From the NCBI GenBank assembly GCA_964649705.1, contig CAZYRM010000005.1:1480-65479 (forward strand): 64,000 nucleotides of DNA. Reading direction: 5' to 3'. Positions 11,501 through 19,801 of this stretch are shown here, one piece after another. The notes under the pieces were generated by a model. The model was not told the DNA's origin. It did not search any database and saw only the letters and a program-made list of their open reading frames with translations. Every line of letters starts with the position of its first letter. Within the stretch, counting starts at the first letter, position 1. A program made the position numbers and the translations under genes. Source of the stretch: an uncultured Planctomycetia bacterium. Its GTDB lineage: Bacteria; Planctomycetota; MHYJ01; WSZJ01; CAZYRM01.

Positions 11501-11871
11501 CGCGCGGTGAGCATCTTGAGCGCGACGGCGCGGTTGAGCTGGGTGTCCCACGCCTCGTGGACGACTCCCATGCCACCGCGGCCGAGCTCGCGGCGAAGGA
11601 GGTAGCGGCCGAAAGGGACGCCGTCCGCGGGGTGTGGGCGCGCTGCGGGCGGATCGATCGGCGGCCCGGCCTGGACGGGTCTCAAGGCGCCGCCGCAGAT
11701 CGGGCATGGGGCCGGCTGCGTGGGGTCTCGGCCCGCGCCTGGGTAGACGCGGTCGCAGTGCGGACAGAGGAGGAACGACGGGGCGAAGGTCCCCGGCGTG
11801 GGGGCCTCCGCCGGACGGGTGGCCTCGGCGGGGGCGGGGATCGTGGGGTCCTGTGCGCCGGCCCATTCCAT
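8566..11871 (-). CDS. Ser/Thr protein kinase with N-terminal zinc ribbon and C-terminal TPR domain (paralog of 5501..8551)
   Basis: CPHCDRV..CPICGG ribbon. GRGGMGVVHEAWD, HRDVKPSNVM, DFGLAK. A TM segment, then a long TPR array. Start at MEWAGAQ (ATG 11869-11871) with GAGGAGG upstream. Confidence 0.85.
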   Translation of the reverse strand: MEWAGAQDPTIPAPAEATRPAEAPTPGTFAPSFLLCPHCDRVYPGAGRDPTQPAPCPICGGALRPVQAGPPIDPPAARPHPADGVPFGRYLLRRELGRGGMGVVHEAWDTQLNRAVALKMLTARGGLLDDKAAVRLLREARSAARLHHPGIVAIHDVGESEGRPYFTMDLVEGRPLEECLRGDPSWASFPLRRRVEVLAQVAEALGYAHAQGVVHRDVKPSNVMVDSRGRAMLMDFGLAKELSATDLGQDLTVSGAVLGTPRYMSPEQAGGGRDLVGPRSDVFSFGIVLYHALTGRLPFEGEGLEAILAVLSQDPAPPSRANERVHRDLETITMRCLEKVPARRFADGAELAAELRRWIDGEPILSRPVGWVERVLRKASKRRAVLIPAAIAVVLAGGLWYALHDRGAQARLAEQADADRRAAEGRERRQAEALTLVEQARAAYAQVQPTFYDKEASVADLLARVETAQGWIGKAIDLCPDLAPAHYLMGVGWEVRGWDDRAEASYRRALSIDPRFGPAHYRLARICLERAFLATLGASRPEMNWSSPGAQRWAKLAAEEAQAALADGGGFDDDVQRQFARAMAAYTGGDHVAAAKLCEEGLRAYARSAGREDLYWLRGLSRTGLGPDDSFDQAIAIRPKFALALFCRALTKHLAGDKGAALADYDEAIRVSPRFATAYANRGNVKLDRADQAGALADYEAALSIDPRHAVAFVNRGYVRSLRKDHDGAIADFTAAIESNPGCVDAYANRADSWREKGDLGKALADCETALRLDPRSVKGLVNRGCVRVERNELEGALADFEAAIVLDPRDAVALAGRARIHVERGELKRALADYDRAIECDPEFGPARYNRGSVWLKLGDHARARADFTAAIERDPSIFDAWYNRGALRAREGDFDGALSDLDEAARLRPSSAMALASRGGVKSMKGDIAGARADLDEAIRVDPSWVEAWRNRAIVRSQAGDAPGALADCDEAVKRAPEDLEVRVTRGTLRAGAGDNDGAKSDLDAVLAKDPRNAVALIWRGNAKAALNDLRGALADYEAACEAAPDSPEANADRGMALLALGDREGARKSLEKALEVAPAGWAFRGEVEKSLAELRRGR

Positions 11872-11964
11872 GCGGGGCGAGCCTCCTCGCGCTCGAACGA
11901 GGATTCTGGTCCCTGGCCCGCCCTGACACAAGCAGGATCTGCCCCTCCCCCGCGCGCGGGCCGA

Positions 11965-13203
11965 TCACCGCTGGCGAAGCTGTTCGAGGAGCCGCTCGGC
12001 GCGGGCGCGCACCTCGGCGTCGCGCGTGGACTCGAGCGCGCGCCGCAGCGCCGGATCCGCAAAGCGCCCCATCGCCGCAATCGAATCCGTCGCCGCGTCC
12101 CGCTCCGAGGGCGACTCGGCCCCCAGCGACCGTACGAGCGACGCGATCTCGGCCTCCCGCTCGGGCGTGAGGAACTCGAGCCTCCCCACGAGCACGCGGA
12201 CGAGCTCGTCGGGCTCCGGTTCGAGCGTCAGCGGCAGGAGGCGGTCCGTCGCCTCCCTCGGCACCATGTAGAAGAGCCTGGTCCCCTCCTCCCCCATCCA
12301 CGAGGTCCGCCAGGTCTTCACCATCGCGCGGGCCTCCTTCTCATAGAGCCCCTCGGCGACCAGCGCGCCCGCCATCGCGTCGGAGAGGGCGTCCGCCGAG
12401 GCCTCATCGGCGGGGAGGGAGACCTCGACCGATCCGCCGGGCGCGATGGAGCTCGCCTTCGCGAACCGAACCCTCCCCTCGCGGACGTTCACGGCGAACA
12501 CGGAGTGGATCGGCTGCGCGCCGCCGTTCGAGACGACGATGCGGTCTCCGCCCTTCGCCTCGACCTGGATCGGCAGGCGGAAGTTGCCCACGCCGCGGTA
12601 GAAGAGGAACTTCTCGTAGTAGTCGTCTTGCATTCCGCTCTTGTCGCAGCGACGCACGAGCGCCGAGTCGGTCTCGCGTGCGTAGGCGTAGTGGTTGTCC
12701 CCCTCCACGGCGGGGACGCGGGCGTCGGGCTGGAGTGTGGCGAGCATCGACTCGGGGAAGACGAGCACGCGGCCCCAGCGGAGCATGCCGCCGGTGAGCG
12801 GTTCGGGCTGGCCGGGGACGTACGCGGGCGCCATTTCTCGGACGGGCGGGAAGAACTCGGTCATGATCCCCTCGGGGAAGTCGACGCGCACGTCGACCTC
12901 GCGCGGCTGGTCCGTATAGAAGTAGAGGACCGGCGTCTCCATCCGCTGCAGGGCGGACATGCCGGACTTCGAGAGGACGAGCTGCCTCTCCTCCGAGAGG
13001 CCCGCCTGCCGCGCCCGGTCGTAGACGAACGCGGGCAGCTCGTTGTCGACGATGGGGCGGTACTCGAGGTAGACGCCGTCGGAGCCGGCGAAGCCGGTGA
13101 AGGTCCCCCACTCGTGGACGACGAAGGGGCCCGTGGGGCCCTCCTCGGCGGCGAGGGGGGCGATGAGAAGGGCCAGGGCAAACAGGAACGTGGCGGCGCG
13201 CAT
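11965..13203 (-). CDS. Secreted hypothetical protein
   Basis: Signal peptide MRAATFLFALALLIAPLAAEE. AAGGAG 6 nt upstream of ATG 13201-13203. The long N-terminal extension in the track is junk. Confidence 0.7.
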   Translation of the reverse strand: MRAATFLFALALLIAPLAAEEGPTGPFVVHEWGTFTGFAGSDGVYLEYRPIVDNELPAFVYDRARQAGLSEERQLVLSKSGMSALQRMETPVLYFYTDQPREVDVRVDFPEGIMTEFFPPVREMAPAYVPGQPEPLTGGMLRWGRVLVFPESMLATLQPDARVPAVEGDNHYAYARETDSALVRRCDKSGMQDDYYEKFLFYRGVGNFRLPIQVEAKGGDRIVVSNGGAQPIHSVFAVNVREGRVRFAKASSIAPGGSVEVSLPADEASADALSDAMAGALVAEGLYEKEARAMVKTWRTSWMGEEGTRLFYMVPREATDRLLPLTLEPEPDELVRVLVGRLEFLTPEREAEIASLVRSLGAESPSERDAATDSIAAMGRFADPALRRALESTRDAEVRARAERLLEQLRQR

Positions 13204-13596
13204 GGAAGTCTCCTTGTGGCAAGACACGTCGCAGGGTGGAAAGTGCAACGCTCGTGCCGGAGGCCTTCTTTCCAACGCTCGTGGGGGCCTTGCCTTGCGC
13301 CAGGGCCCGGGGCGGGGAGTCCGTCCGTGTGGATGGCCTCCACGTGGGTGGGGAGAATGTCCCCAGAGGGACGGTCCTGGGACATGTCCGTCGGACCGCC
13401 GCAGCGCGCCCACGGGCTGCCCTCGATCGCGCACGAGGCGGCGTCGTGAGGCACCTCGGCCACTTCGACCCGTACCTCCTCGCCCACCGCGGGAAGGAGC
13501 ACCTCGTCGACGAGCGGCACTACAAGGCCGCCATCCGCAAGGCGGCGTGGGTCTCGGCCGTGCTCCTCGTCGACGGCCGCGGGTGAGCGGAGCGAC

Positions 13597-13947
13597 TCAC
13601 GGCAACCCGAAGCTCACGCGGAGCGCGCGGTCCACGTCGGCCATCACCGTTGGAGAGAGCGCTCCCAGTCGCGCGGTCAGGCGATCCTGGAGGACCGTGG
13701 AAATGTGGCCGGCGTCCACGATGGAGTCCTTCGTCAGGCCACCCTCCCCCTTGGGCGCCCGGGCGTACACGGGGAGGGGCCGTCCACCATGCGGGTCGCG
13801 GATGGCGGCGACCAGGGTCTCGGGGGAGAACCGGTTCCCGATGTCGTTCTGAACGACGACGACCGGCCGCTTCTTGTTCAGACGCCCCCCGTAGGGGGCC
13901 GTATCGAGCAGGTAGATCTCACCCCTGCGCACGTCTCCGTTGGACAC
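13597..13947 (-). CDS. MazF/PemK-family toxin endoribonuclease
   Basis: RRGEIYLLD...KKRPVVVVQND is characteristic of the PemK/MazF fold. The start codon is GTG (13945-13947) with AAGGAGGG 6 nt upstream. Confidence 0.8.
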   Translation of the reverse strand: MSNGDVRRGEIYLLDTAPYGGRLNKKRPVVVVQNDIGNRFSPETLVAAIRDPHGGRPLPVYARAPKGEGGLTKDSIVDAGHISTVLQDRLTARLGALSPTVMADVDRALRVSFGLP

Positions 13948-14215
13948 TCCTGCCCTCCTTGCGTCCTCCGCCGCCCGGCCAGCTCGACGCGGACAGCAGC
14001 TCCTGTGTCAGCGACTCGTCGGCGGCCACGTTGGCCGGATTGGCGAAGTACTCGCGGTAGGCCTGCTCCATCTCCTGCATGTCTCGGCCCCGCTCGTGTT
14101 CGACGAGGAGGCGACGGATCGCCTCGCTCCGCGAGCCCCACTCCTTCGCAAGCCGATCGAGGCTCGCCACGTGCTCCGCTTCCAGCGAGATCGAAATCGT
14201 CCGCACAGTCTTCAT
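13919..14215 (-). CDS. Ribbon-helix-helix (CopG-like) antitoxin
   Basis: N-terminal RHH signature (TVRTISISLEAEHVASLDRLAKEWGSRSEAIRRLL). Immediately upstream of the MazF-like gene. 29-bp overlap with the toxin. Confidence 0.65.
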   Translation of the reverse strand: MKTVRTISISLEAEHVASLDRLAKEWGSRSEAIRRLLVEHERGRDMQEMEQAYREYFANPANVAADESLTQELLSASSWPGGGGRKEGRSVQRRRAQG

Positions 14216-14269
14216 GTGAGAGTCCCTGACGGGTTATTGACACCAGCATGACGCTTCATCGTGTGCGTG

Positions 14270-15043
14270 TCAATACCAGGGGGCAAGACGCCGCCGATCC
14301 GCCGCGCTGCGGATCGTATCTTTTGCCCTTCCCTGGGGCGCGTCCGCAGAACGGCATCGCCGCTGGTACGCGGGTGAGGGGGGCCGCTCACGCCCGGGCA
14401 CTCGCCAGGGGACCAGCTCGCGGCGAATGCGCTCGACGTACGAGGAGACGTCGATGCGGCCGCCCGCGAGCCCGCGCTCGACGCGCGGGATCCAGACCTG
14501 CTCCACACTCGCCTCCCAGGCGGCGCGGTCCTCCACCCAGGTCTCCCAGCGGAGGACCATCTCCGCCAGGAGCGCCCGCTGCCAGGCGGTGCGGCGAAGG
14601 ACGGGGCAGCCTGCGCCCCAGTCGGCGTAGGAGTCGCTGCGCTTCCTGATCCGCGATCGCGACTCGGCGCCAGGCTGCTCGAGCGCAGCGACGGCCGCCT
14701 CCCACGCCTCGCGCGGGCGCCTCTCCTCGTGGAACTCCTCCTCGAATGCCCGGAGGGCGCGTTCGGCGCACGCGAGCGTCCCCGGCTGGGGGAGGCGGAA
14801 GAGGCCGGCGATCAGGGATGCGAGCGAGACGAGGGCGAACATGACGGCGAGTGGCGCTGCGATGCCCGCCGCGAGGCCGAGGACGGGGCCGGCGATCGAT
14901 CCCAGCACGCCGTAGCGGGTGCCGATCCGAACCCCGATGAGGAGTCCGCGAAGGGCGCCGCCGGCGATCAGGAGACAGCAGCCCAGCTCGATCAGCGTGG
15001 CTCCCGCGGCTCGGTTCCCCTCCGATGAGCCGGGCCTGCGCAT
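14270..15043 (-). CDS. Integral membrane protein, hypothetical
   Basis: Internal start MRRPGSSEG with GGAGGA 5 nt upstream. Two or three hydrophobic helices (LIELGCCLLIAGG..., VLGSIAGPVLGLAAGIAAPLAVMFALVSLASLIAGLF), then a soluble domain. The two long overlapping track ORFs here are frame artefacts. Confidence 0.5.
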   Translation of the reverse strand: MRRPGSSEGNRAAGATLIELGCCLLIAGGALRGLLIGVRIGTRYGVLGSIAGPVLGLAAGIAAPLAVMFALVSLASLIAGLFRLPQPGTLACAERALRAFEEEFHEERRPREAWEAAVAALEQPGAESRSRIRKRSDSYADWGAGCPVLRRTAWQRALLAEMVLRWETWVEDRAAWEASVEQVWIPRVERGLAGGRIDVSSYVERIRRELVPWRVPGRERPPSPAYQRRCRSADAPQGRAKDTIRSAADRRRLAPWY

Positions 15044-15173
15044 TCCGTCCTCCGTCACCGAGACTCCGTGGACTCCTACCGCGCTCGTGACGCGCGCCTG
15101 CGCGACCTTTCCGCTTCCCCTTCCGCGCGCCGGGTGATGAAATCCTCGGCGTCCTACTTCGAGGAGGTTCCCC

Positions 15174-15854
15174 ATGGTGTGCCACGCGGCGGCCCTGCTC
15201 GTTCTTGCGGCGATCGCACAAGCGGGCGACAAGCCGGATGACAGTGCCGAGCCGATGCCGAGGCCAAAGATCGCGCTCCAAGGGAAGGTCGAGGAGAACG
15301 CCGAGCACGTCCACATCGCGGGGAAGGTCCTCGAGGTGCGCTCGATACAAGAAGAGGGGAGGCATGAGATCGACGTCGAGGACGTGGAGAAGGGGAAGGT
15401 CACGCTGACGCTCGATGTCCCCTCGACGCTTCCCATCGACCTCGCGCAGGGCCGCGAGGTTGAGGTCGACCTCTGGTCTAGGATGGGCTTCGGGGGCTGC
15501 GCGCGGGGCGCACGGATCAAGGACGCGGACGGGGTGGTGCTCCTCGTGGACGACGGGGGGTACGGGAACGCGATCCATCGGGAGGACCTCGCGCCGTTCG
15601 AGGTCTCGCAGGAGGACGCCGGCTGCCGGAACCGGGCGAACCAGCCTGGCCGCCTCAACAACTTCTGGCTGCTGGTGCGCGCGGGGGAGGCCTCCGTGAA
15701 GCTGATCCACGGACAGAGCGGCGATCTCGCCTGGAAGGAGCGGACGTACCGCGTGGTCGCGATCAAGTCGGTGGCGCGCGTCGGCGACGTCCGCTGGACC
15801 GACGCCCCCTACGAGGAGGTCTCCTTCGCGATCGGCCGCGTCCCGAAGGAGTAG
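15174..15854 (+). CDS. Secreted hypothetical protein
   Basis: Signal peptide MVCHAAALLVLAAIAQA. GAGGAGG upstream. Confidence 0.65.
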   Translation: MVCHAAALLVLAAIAQAGDKPDDSAEPMPRPKIALQGKVEENAEHVHIAGKVLEVRSIQEEGRHEIDVEDVEKGKVTLTLDVPSTLPIDLAQGREVEVDLWSRMGFGGCARGARIKDADGVVLLVDDGGYGNAIHREDLAPFEVSQEDAGCRNRANQPGRLNNFWLLVRAGEASVKLIHGQSGDLAWKERTYRVVAIKSVARVGDVRWTDAPYEEVSFAIGRVPKE

Positions 15855-15883
15855 GCGCGTCGCAAGAGCGGCGAGCCGTCTAG

Positions 15884-16127
15884 CACTACAACGAAGCTTC
15901 TTCCAACCGCCCCGAAGGGGCAGCATGGAGCAGCCCAGGGCGCAGCCCTGGGAAAACGCGGTTGTAAGAGGACCGGAGCCCCGAAGGGGCGACATACACG
16001 CCGCGGCGCCGTGTATGTCGCCCCTTCGGGGCTCCGCTCTACCTCCAACATCGTGTTCCCCAGGGCTTCGCCCTGGGCTGGTGCATCTAGCCCCTTCGGG
16101 GCTCGGCGTTCATGGTACGTTGTAGTG
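15884..16127. mobile_element. 244-bp MITE-like element with 10-bp terminal inverted repeats (CACTACAACG / CGTTGTAGTG) flanked by CTAG target-site duplications; interior packed with hairpins
   Basis: TIRs read directly. Internal perfect palindromes: gccccgaaggggc, cagggcgcagccctg, and a long one ccccgaaggggcgacatacacgccgcggcgccgtgtatgtcgccccttcgggg. The paralogous uninterrupted site at 20473-20476 reads CTAC. Confidence 0.55.
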
Positions 16128-16478
16128 CTAGGACACCCCGAACGACCCGTGTCGGCCGGCGCCGCCGGCAACGGCGCGCCCAGCGATGGCGGCAATCACC
16201 GGCTTCGACAGCCGCATCCGCGACGGCCCCATCGGTCCGGGCCCGGTCTCCTCCAGCCTCGGCAGGTCCCCCCTCGCCATGGCCTTCAGATCCGCCCCTG
16301 CGCAGAACGTCCCTCCCACTCCCCACAGGACGGCGACACGCGTCCCCGGGTCGGCGTCGAATTCGCGAAACTCCTCGACGAGCCGGCCCGCCGTCTCGCG
16401 ATCCACGGCGTTGCGCACCTCGGGGCGATCGAGGACCACGGTCGTCACCTCCCCTCCCCGCTCCACGCGCACGCTCAT
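16128..16478 (-). pseudogene. Enoyl-CoA hydratase remnant: duplicated copy of 20475..21242 carrying an in-frame 420-bp internal deletion
   Basis: The first ~100 aa are ~90% identical to the intact paralog. The last 13 aa (AGRHGSFGVS) match its C-terminus. The junction lies at a gccgccggc direct repeat. The crotonase core is missing. Confidence 0.7.
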
Positions 16479-16659
16479 CGAACACGTACTCTCCCCGGCC
16501 AGGCCGGGTGGCCGAGGGCGATCAGGTCACACGGCGCCGCACGCGACAGGGGCACCCTGCCAGATGCCCGCCGCGCCCGCAAAGGCCGCCTCTCGGCGAC
16601 AGCCCGCCCGACGCCGCGCGCTTGACGCGGCGGCGTTGTCGCCCCTATCCTGCCGCCCC

Positions 16660-19296
16660 ATGGGCACAAACGTCTGCCTGCCGCTCAAGCTTCACCGCAT
16701 CTGGATGGCGGTCGCCGAGGAGGACCGCGTCCAGACCTGCCGGAACTTCCTCCTCATCGAGGAAATCGAGCCCCGCCTCGCCGCCCTCGCGCTCGACTCC
16801 ATGACCGCCTTCCTCCACATGCGGCACGAGTCCGTCCTCGCCATGTCCGTCGAAGAGCGCGCCCTCACCCTCGCACGCGCGCCGAGGCTCTCGAGCGAGC
16901 TCGCCCGCATCCTCCTCCACCTCCTGCACGTCGACCGCCTGAAGATGCTCAAGGTCTTCTACGACGAGCTCGGCCTCCGTCACGACAAGGGAGTCGTCGA
17001 CGCCGCCGTGCTCAAGGGCTTCCACCCGCCGCCTGACCTCGTCGAGCGGGCCGTCGAGGCCATCTCGTCCCGATTCCCCCCCGAACACGTCCAGGTCCAC
17101 CTCCACTTCCTCCTCGCGCGCGCCCCCGAGGCGTGGGGGTTCGTCCGTCCGCACGTCCGCCTCCCGCTCGCAGCACCCGCGCCGCAGCCGCTCGCCGAGG
17201 CCCCCGAGCAGTCGGACGAGTTCACCTCGCTCGACAACCTCCTCATCCGGATCGCCGTCGACTCCGTTCAGGGGACGCTCGGCGCCCTCTCGCGCGGAAG
17301 GCTCGACGACGTCGTCGAGGAGGTCATCCGCCTCAACGCCGACCGGCAGCACAGCTACTTCCACCGTGGCTTCGTCCAGGCCCTCCACGGCGAGCCCCTC
17401 TCGATGGACTTCCCCGAGTCGAGCGAGTCGCGCCGGCGCTGGTACGCCGCGGGCGCCATCCTCGGCCACGCGCGGAGGCGGGAGGCGGAGCCGATCGTCG
17501 GGCTCCTCGACCAGGACCGCGAGGTCTGGGAGTCGTTCCGCGACCCCGCCGACTCCCTCTCCCGCACGGTCGCGCCGCACGTCTTCTTCGCGCTGTGCCG
17601 CAGGCAGCTCTACGCCAGGGCGGCGGAGTTCGTCACGCCCGAGATGGGCGCCGCGCTCGAGGCTGACTTCCTCCAGCACGTCCTCGACGAGGCGGTCCGG
17701 CTCGTCGGCGAGAGGCGCGTGGAGGACGCCGCGCCGCTCCTCGGCCTGGCCCACGCCGCCGTCGAGGCGATGGAGGAGGCGGGCGACGAGGCCCCCGCGG
17801 CGCTCCGCAGGGAGGTCTCCCGGCGGCGCGCGCAGTGTGCGCTGCTCCAGGGAAACCTCGACGAGGCGAGGCAGATCCTCGAGGAGACCCTGTCGTCGTC
17901 CTCTCCCGAGGGGAAGAGCGACGCGCGCGTCTACCTCGGCCTCATCGCCTGCGGCCTCGCGTCGGCGGCGGAGGTGCGCATCCCGGCCGACGAGGGGGAC
18001 GTCGCGTCGTTCCTCAAGAAGCTCGATCCGGGGGAGACGCACTTCCGCAGGGCCCTCGAGGACGCCCCTCCCCGCTCGCGCGCGCAGTACTGCGAGGGGG
18101 CGATCGCGGTCTCGCGGCGCGATTGGGAGAAGGCGGTCGCATGCCTGCGCCCCGCCGTCCCCGAGATCGCCAACCAGCCTCAGGTCGCGCCGGTGCCGAC
18201 GCTGCTCGCCCGCGCGAAATTCTACCTGGGGTGCGCGCTCTCCGCGCGCATGGACCCGCTGGACGGGCCGTTTGCGGCCTCCCTGCTCTCCGAGGGGCTC
18301 GCGGACGCGGAGCCCCGCCCCGCGTGGCTACTCCGCGTCGCGCTGGAGGGGCTCCGCCTCGTCGACGAGGACGCCGCCGTCGCGCTCGCGAGGCCGATCG
18401 CCGCGGCGGGCGGGGCCTACCTCGACGGCCTGATCGCGAGCGGGCTGGCGGAGCGCTCGCCGATCGCGCGCGAGGCGGTCCGGACCCGCGCGTCGGACGA
18501 GAGCCTCCCGCGGGAGGCGCGCTTCCGCGACTGGAGGCACGTCGCGCGGGCGGCGCTTTCCGCGAACCAGCCCGCGGAGGCGTGCGAGGCGCTGGACCGG
18601 ATGGAGGCGCTCGCGGAGGAGGGGGCGTGCCGCGCAGAGTTCCTCGCGATGCTGGAGGAGCGCCGATCCTGGGACCCGGCCTGGACTGACGGGGAGGCCC
18701 GCTGGGCGCGGGTGAGGCTGCTCGAGCGGGAGGGGAGGCTCGACGACGCGGCGGGGCTGCTGCTCCAGGAGTTCCACGAGCTGGCGAGCCGTGGGGAGGA
18801 CGGGGCTCTCGACGACGCGGCGGACGTGCTGGAGACGCTCCGCTCGTACGGCGTGGGGGAATTCCCGAGCGAGCGTGCGCGGCTGGAGGCGGTACGCGCG
18901 GCCGCGCGGCCGGCCGTCCCGTCGCGGCCGGCGGCCTCCTCGACGCCGACGGCGTCCGCCGCGGCGCGGCGCGTGGTGGTCCTCTTCGTCGGGGGGGATG
19001 AGATGGAGGCGAGGAACGACGCGGAGGTCCGGACGTCGCTCGCGAGGGACCTGCCGCGGATCGATGTGGACTTCGTGCATCCTGGCTGGGGCGGGAACTG
19101 GGGGCGGAGCCTGGCGGCGCTCCGTCCGAAGGTCGATCGGGCCGACTGCCTGGTGCTGTCGCGGTACATCCGGACGATGCTGGGGCGGGCGCTCCGGGCC
19201 ACGGAAAAGCCCTGGGTAGCGTGCACGGGCCGCGGCCGTCGCGCGGTAGAGGCGAGCCTCCGGCGCGCCGCAGACGTGGCGGCGGGGATCCCATGA
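16660..19296 (+). CDS. Large alpha-helical hypothetical protein (878 aa)
   Basis: ATG at 16660 (MGTNVCLPLKLHRIWMAV). The first 158 codons of the track ORF are antisense to the hydratase remnant. A promoter-like TTGACG-18-TATCCT lies immediately upstream. Confidence 0.65.
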   Translation: MGTNVCLPLKLHRIWMAVAEEDRVQTCRNFLLIEEIEPRLAALALDSMTAFLHMRHESVLAMSVEERALTLARAPRLSSELARILLHLLHVDRLKMLKVFYDELGLRHDKGVVDAAVLKGFHPPPDLVERAVEAISSRFPPEHVQVHLHFLLARAPEAWGFVRPHVRLPLAAPAPQPLAEAPEQSDEFTSLDNLLIRIAVDSVQGTLGALSRGRLDDVVEEVIRLNADRQHSYFHRGFVQALHGEPLSMDFPESSESRRRWYAAGAILGHARRREAEPIVGLLDQDREVWESFRDPADSLSRTVAPHVFFALCRRQLYARAAEFVTPEMGAALEADFLQHVLDEAVRLVGERRVEDAAPLLGLAHAAVEAMEEAGDEAPAALRREVSRRRAQCALLQGNLDEARQILEETLSSSSPEGKSDARVYLGLIACGLASAAEVRIPADEGDVASFLKKLDPGETHFRRALEDAPPRSRAQYCEGAIAVSRRDWEKAVACLRPAVPEIANQPQVAPVPTLLARAKFYLGCALSARMDPLDGPFAASLLSEGLADAEPRPAWLLRVALEGLRLVDEDAAVALARPIAAAGGAYLDGLIASGLAERSPIAREAVRTRASDESLPREARFRDWRHVARAALSANQPAEACEALDRMEALAEEGACRAEFLAMLEERRSWDPAWTDGEARWARVRLLEREGRLDDAAGLLLQEFHELASRGEDGALDDAADVLETLRSYGVGEFPSERARLEAVRAAARPAVPSRPAASSTPTASAAARRVVVLFVGGDEMEARNDAEVRTSLARDLPRIDVDFVHPGWGGNWGRSLAALRPKVDRADCLVLSRYIRTMLGRALRATEKPWVACTGRGRRAVEASLRRAADVAAGIP

Positions 19297-19411
19297 GTCT
19301 CTCCGCGCTACGCGCGCTCCGCGTCCTGGCAGCCGTAAGGCATGAAGCGGGGAAGGCCCTCGCAGCCCTGGGAGTTGGCGGCGAGCAGACCCTACCTACC
19401 ATCGCGTCGGC

Positions 19412-19801
19412 CTAGGGAGATGGGATACGCTGCTTCACGTCGGCGAGGAGCCTCTCCGCCAGGGCGAGCACGCTCTGGGCCTCCTGGAGCGAGGGCATGG
19501 GCGCTCCGGGCGGCCGTGCGTCCGGGTATCGGACGAGGGTGTAGTAGCCTTGGGCCACCTGAAGTCCGAGAAGGTGGTCCGGAAAGCCGGAATCCACCTT
19601 GCGAACGGCGTGAAACAACTGCTCCAGGTCGTGCGACTGAGGAATACGCCCGGTCAAGTGAAGTAGGAGGGCCTTCAACCCCTTTTCTGCCGCTTGCTGG
19701 CCGTGGAAACAGGCGTGCTTCGCGATGCCGCGGGAGATCAGGACTCGCACGCTCTCGGCATCCTCTTCCGCGTCTGCCAGCCACTCACGCGGGCTTGCCA
19801 T
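19412..19801 (-). CDS. HEPN-domain protein (toxin partner of the minimal nucleotidyltransferase)
   Basis: Start MASPREWLADAEED. HEPN-like helical domain with an R-x4-H type motif (RYPD...). 17-bp overlap with the upstream MNT gene. Confidence 0.75.
   Translation of the reverse strand: MASPREWLADAEEDAESVRVLISRGIAKHACFHGQQAAEKGLKALLLHLTGRIPQSHDLEQLFHAVRKVDSGFPDHLLGLQVAQGYYTLVRYPDARPPGAPMPSLQEAQSVLALAERLLADVKQRIPSP

Noticed and set aside
13204-13596. 390-bp gap between the MazF gene and the secreted-protein gene, with a 116-aa plus-strand ORF and repeated caacgctcgtg motifs
   Set aside because: The ORF has no start context or domain and is Arg/Ala-rich; the repeats are short. Left unannotated as probable non-coding regulatory space.
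14270-15995. Two long overlapping minus-strand ORFs (498 aa and 535 aa)
   Set aside because: Both are mostly antisense or out-of-frame junk (Arg/Pro-rich); only the distal 257 codons of the 14270 frame (from ATG 15043) look like a real membrane protein, and the 15174..15854 plus-strand gene explains the rest.
16186-16659. N-terminal 158 codons of track ORF 16186..19296
   Set aside because: Antisense to the hydratase remnant and MITE edge, S/T/R-rich; the real start is the internal ATG at 16660 behind a promoter-like element.
19293-19415. 40-aa ORF ATGA-coupled to the end of the 878-aa gene
   Set aside because: Low-complexity Ala/Leu/Gly product in a convergent terminator region; insufficient evidence.
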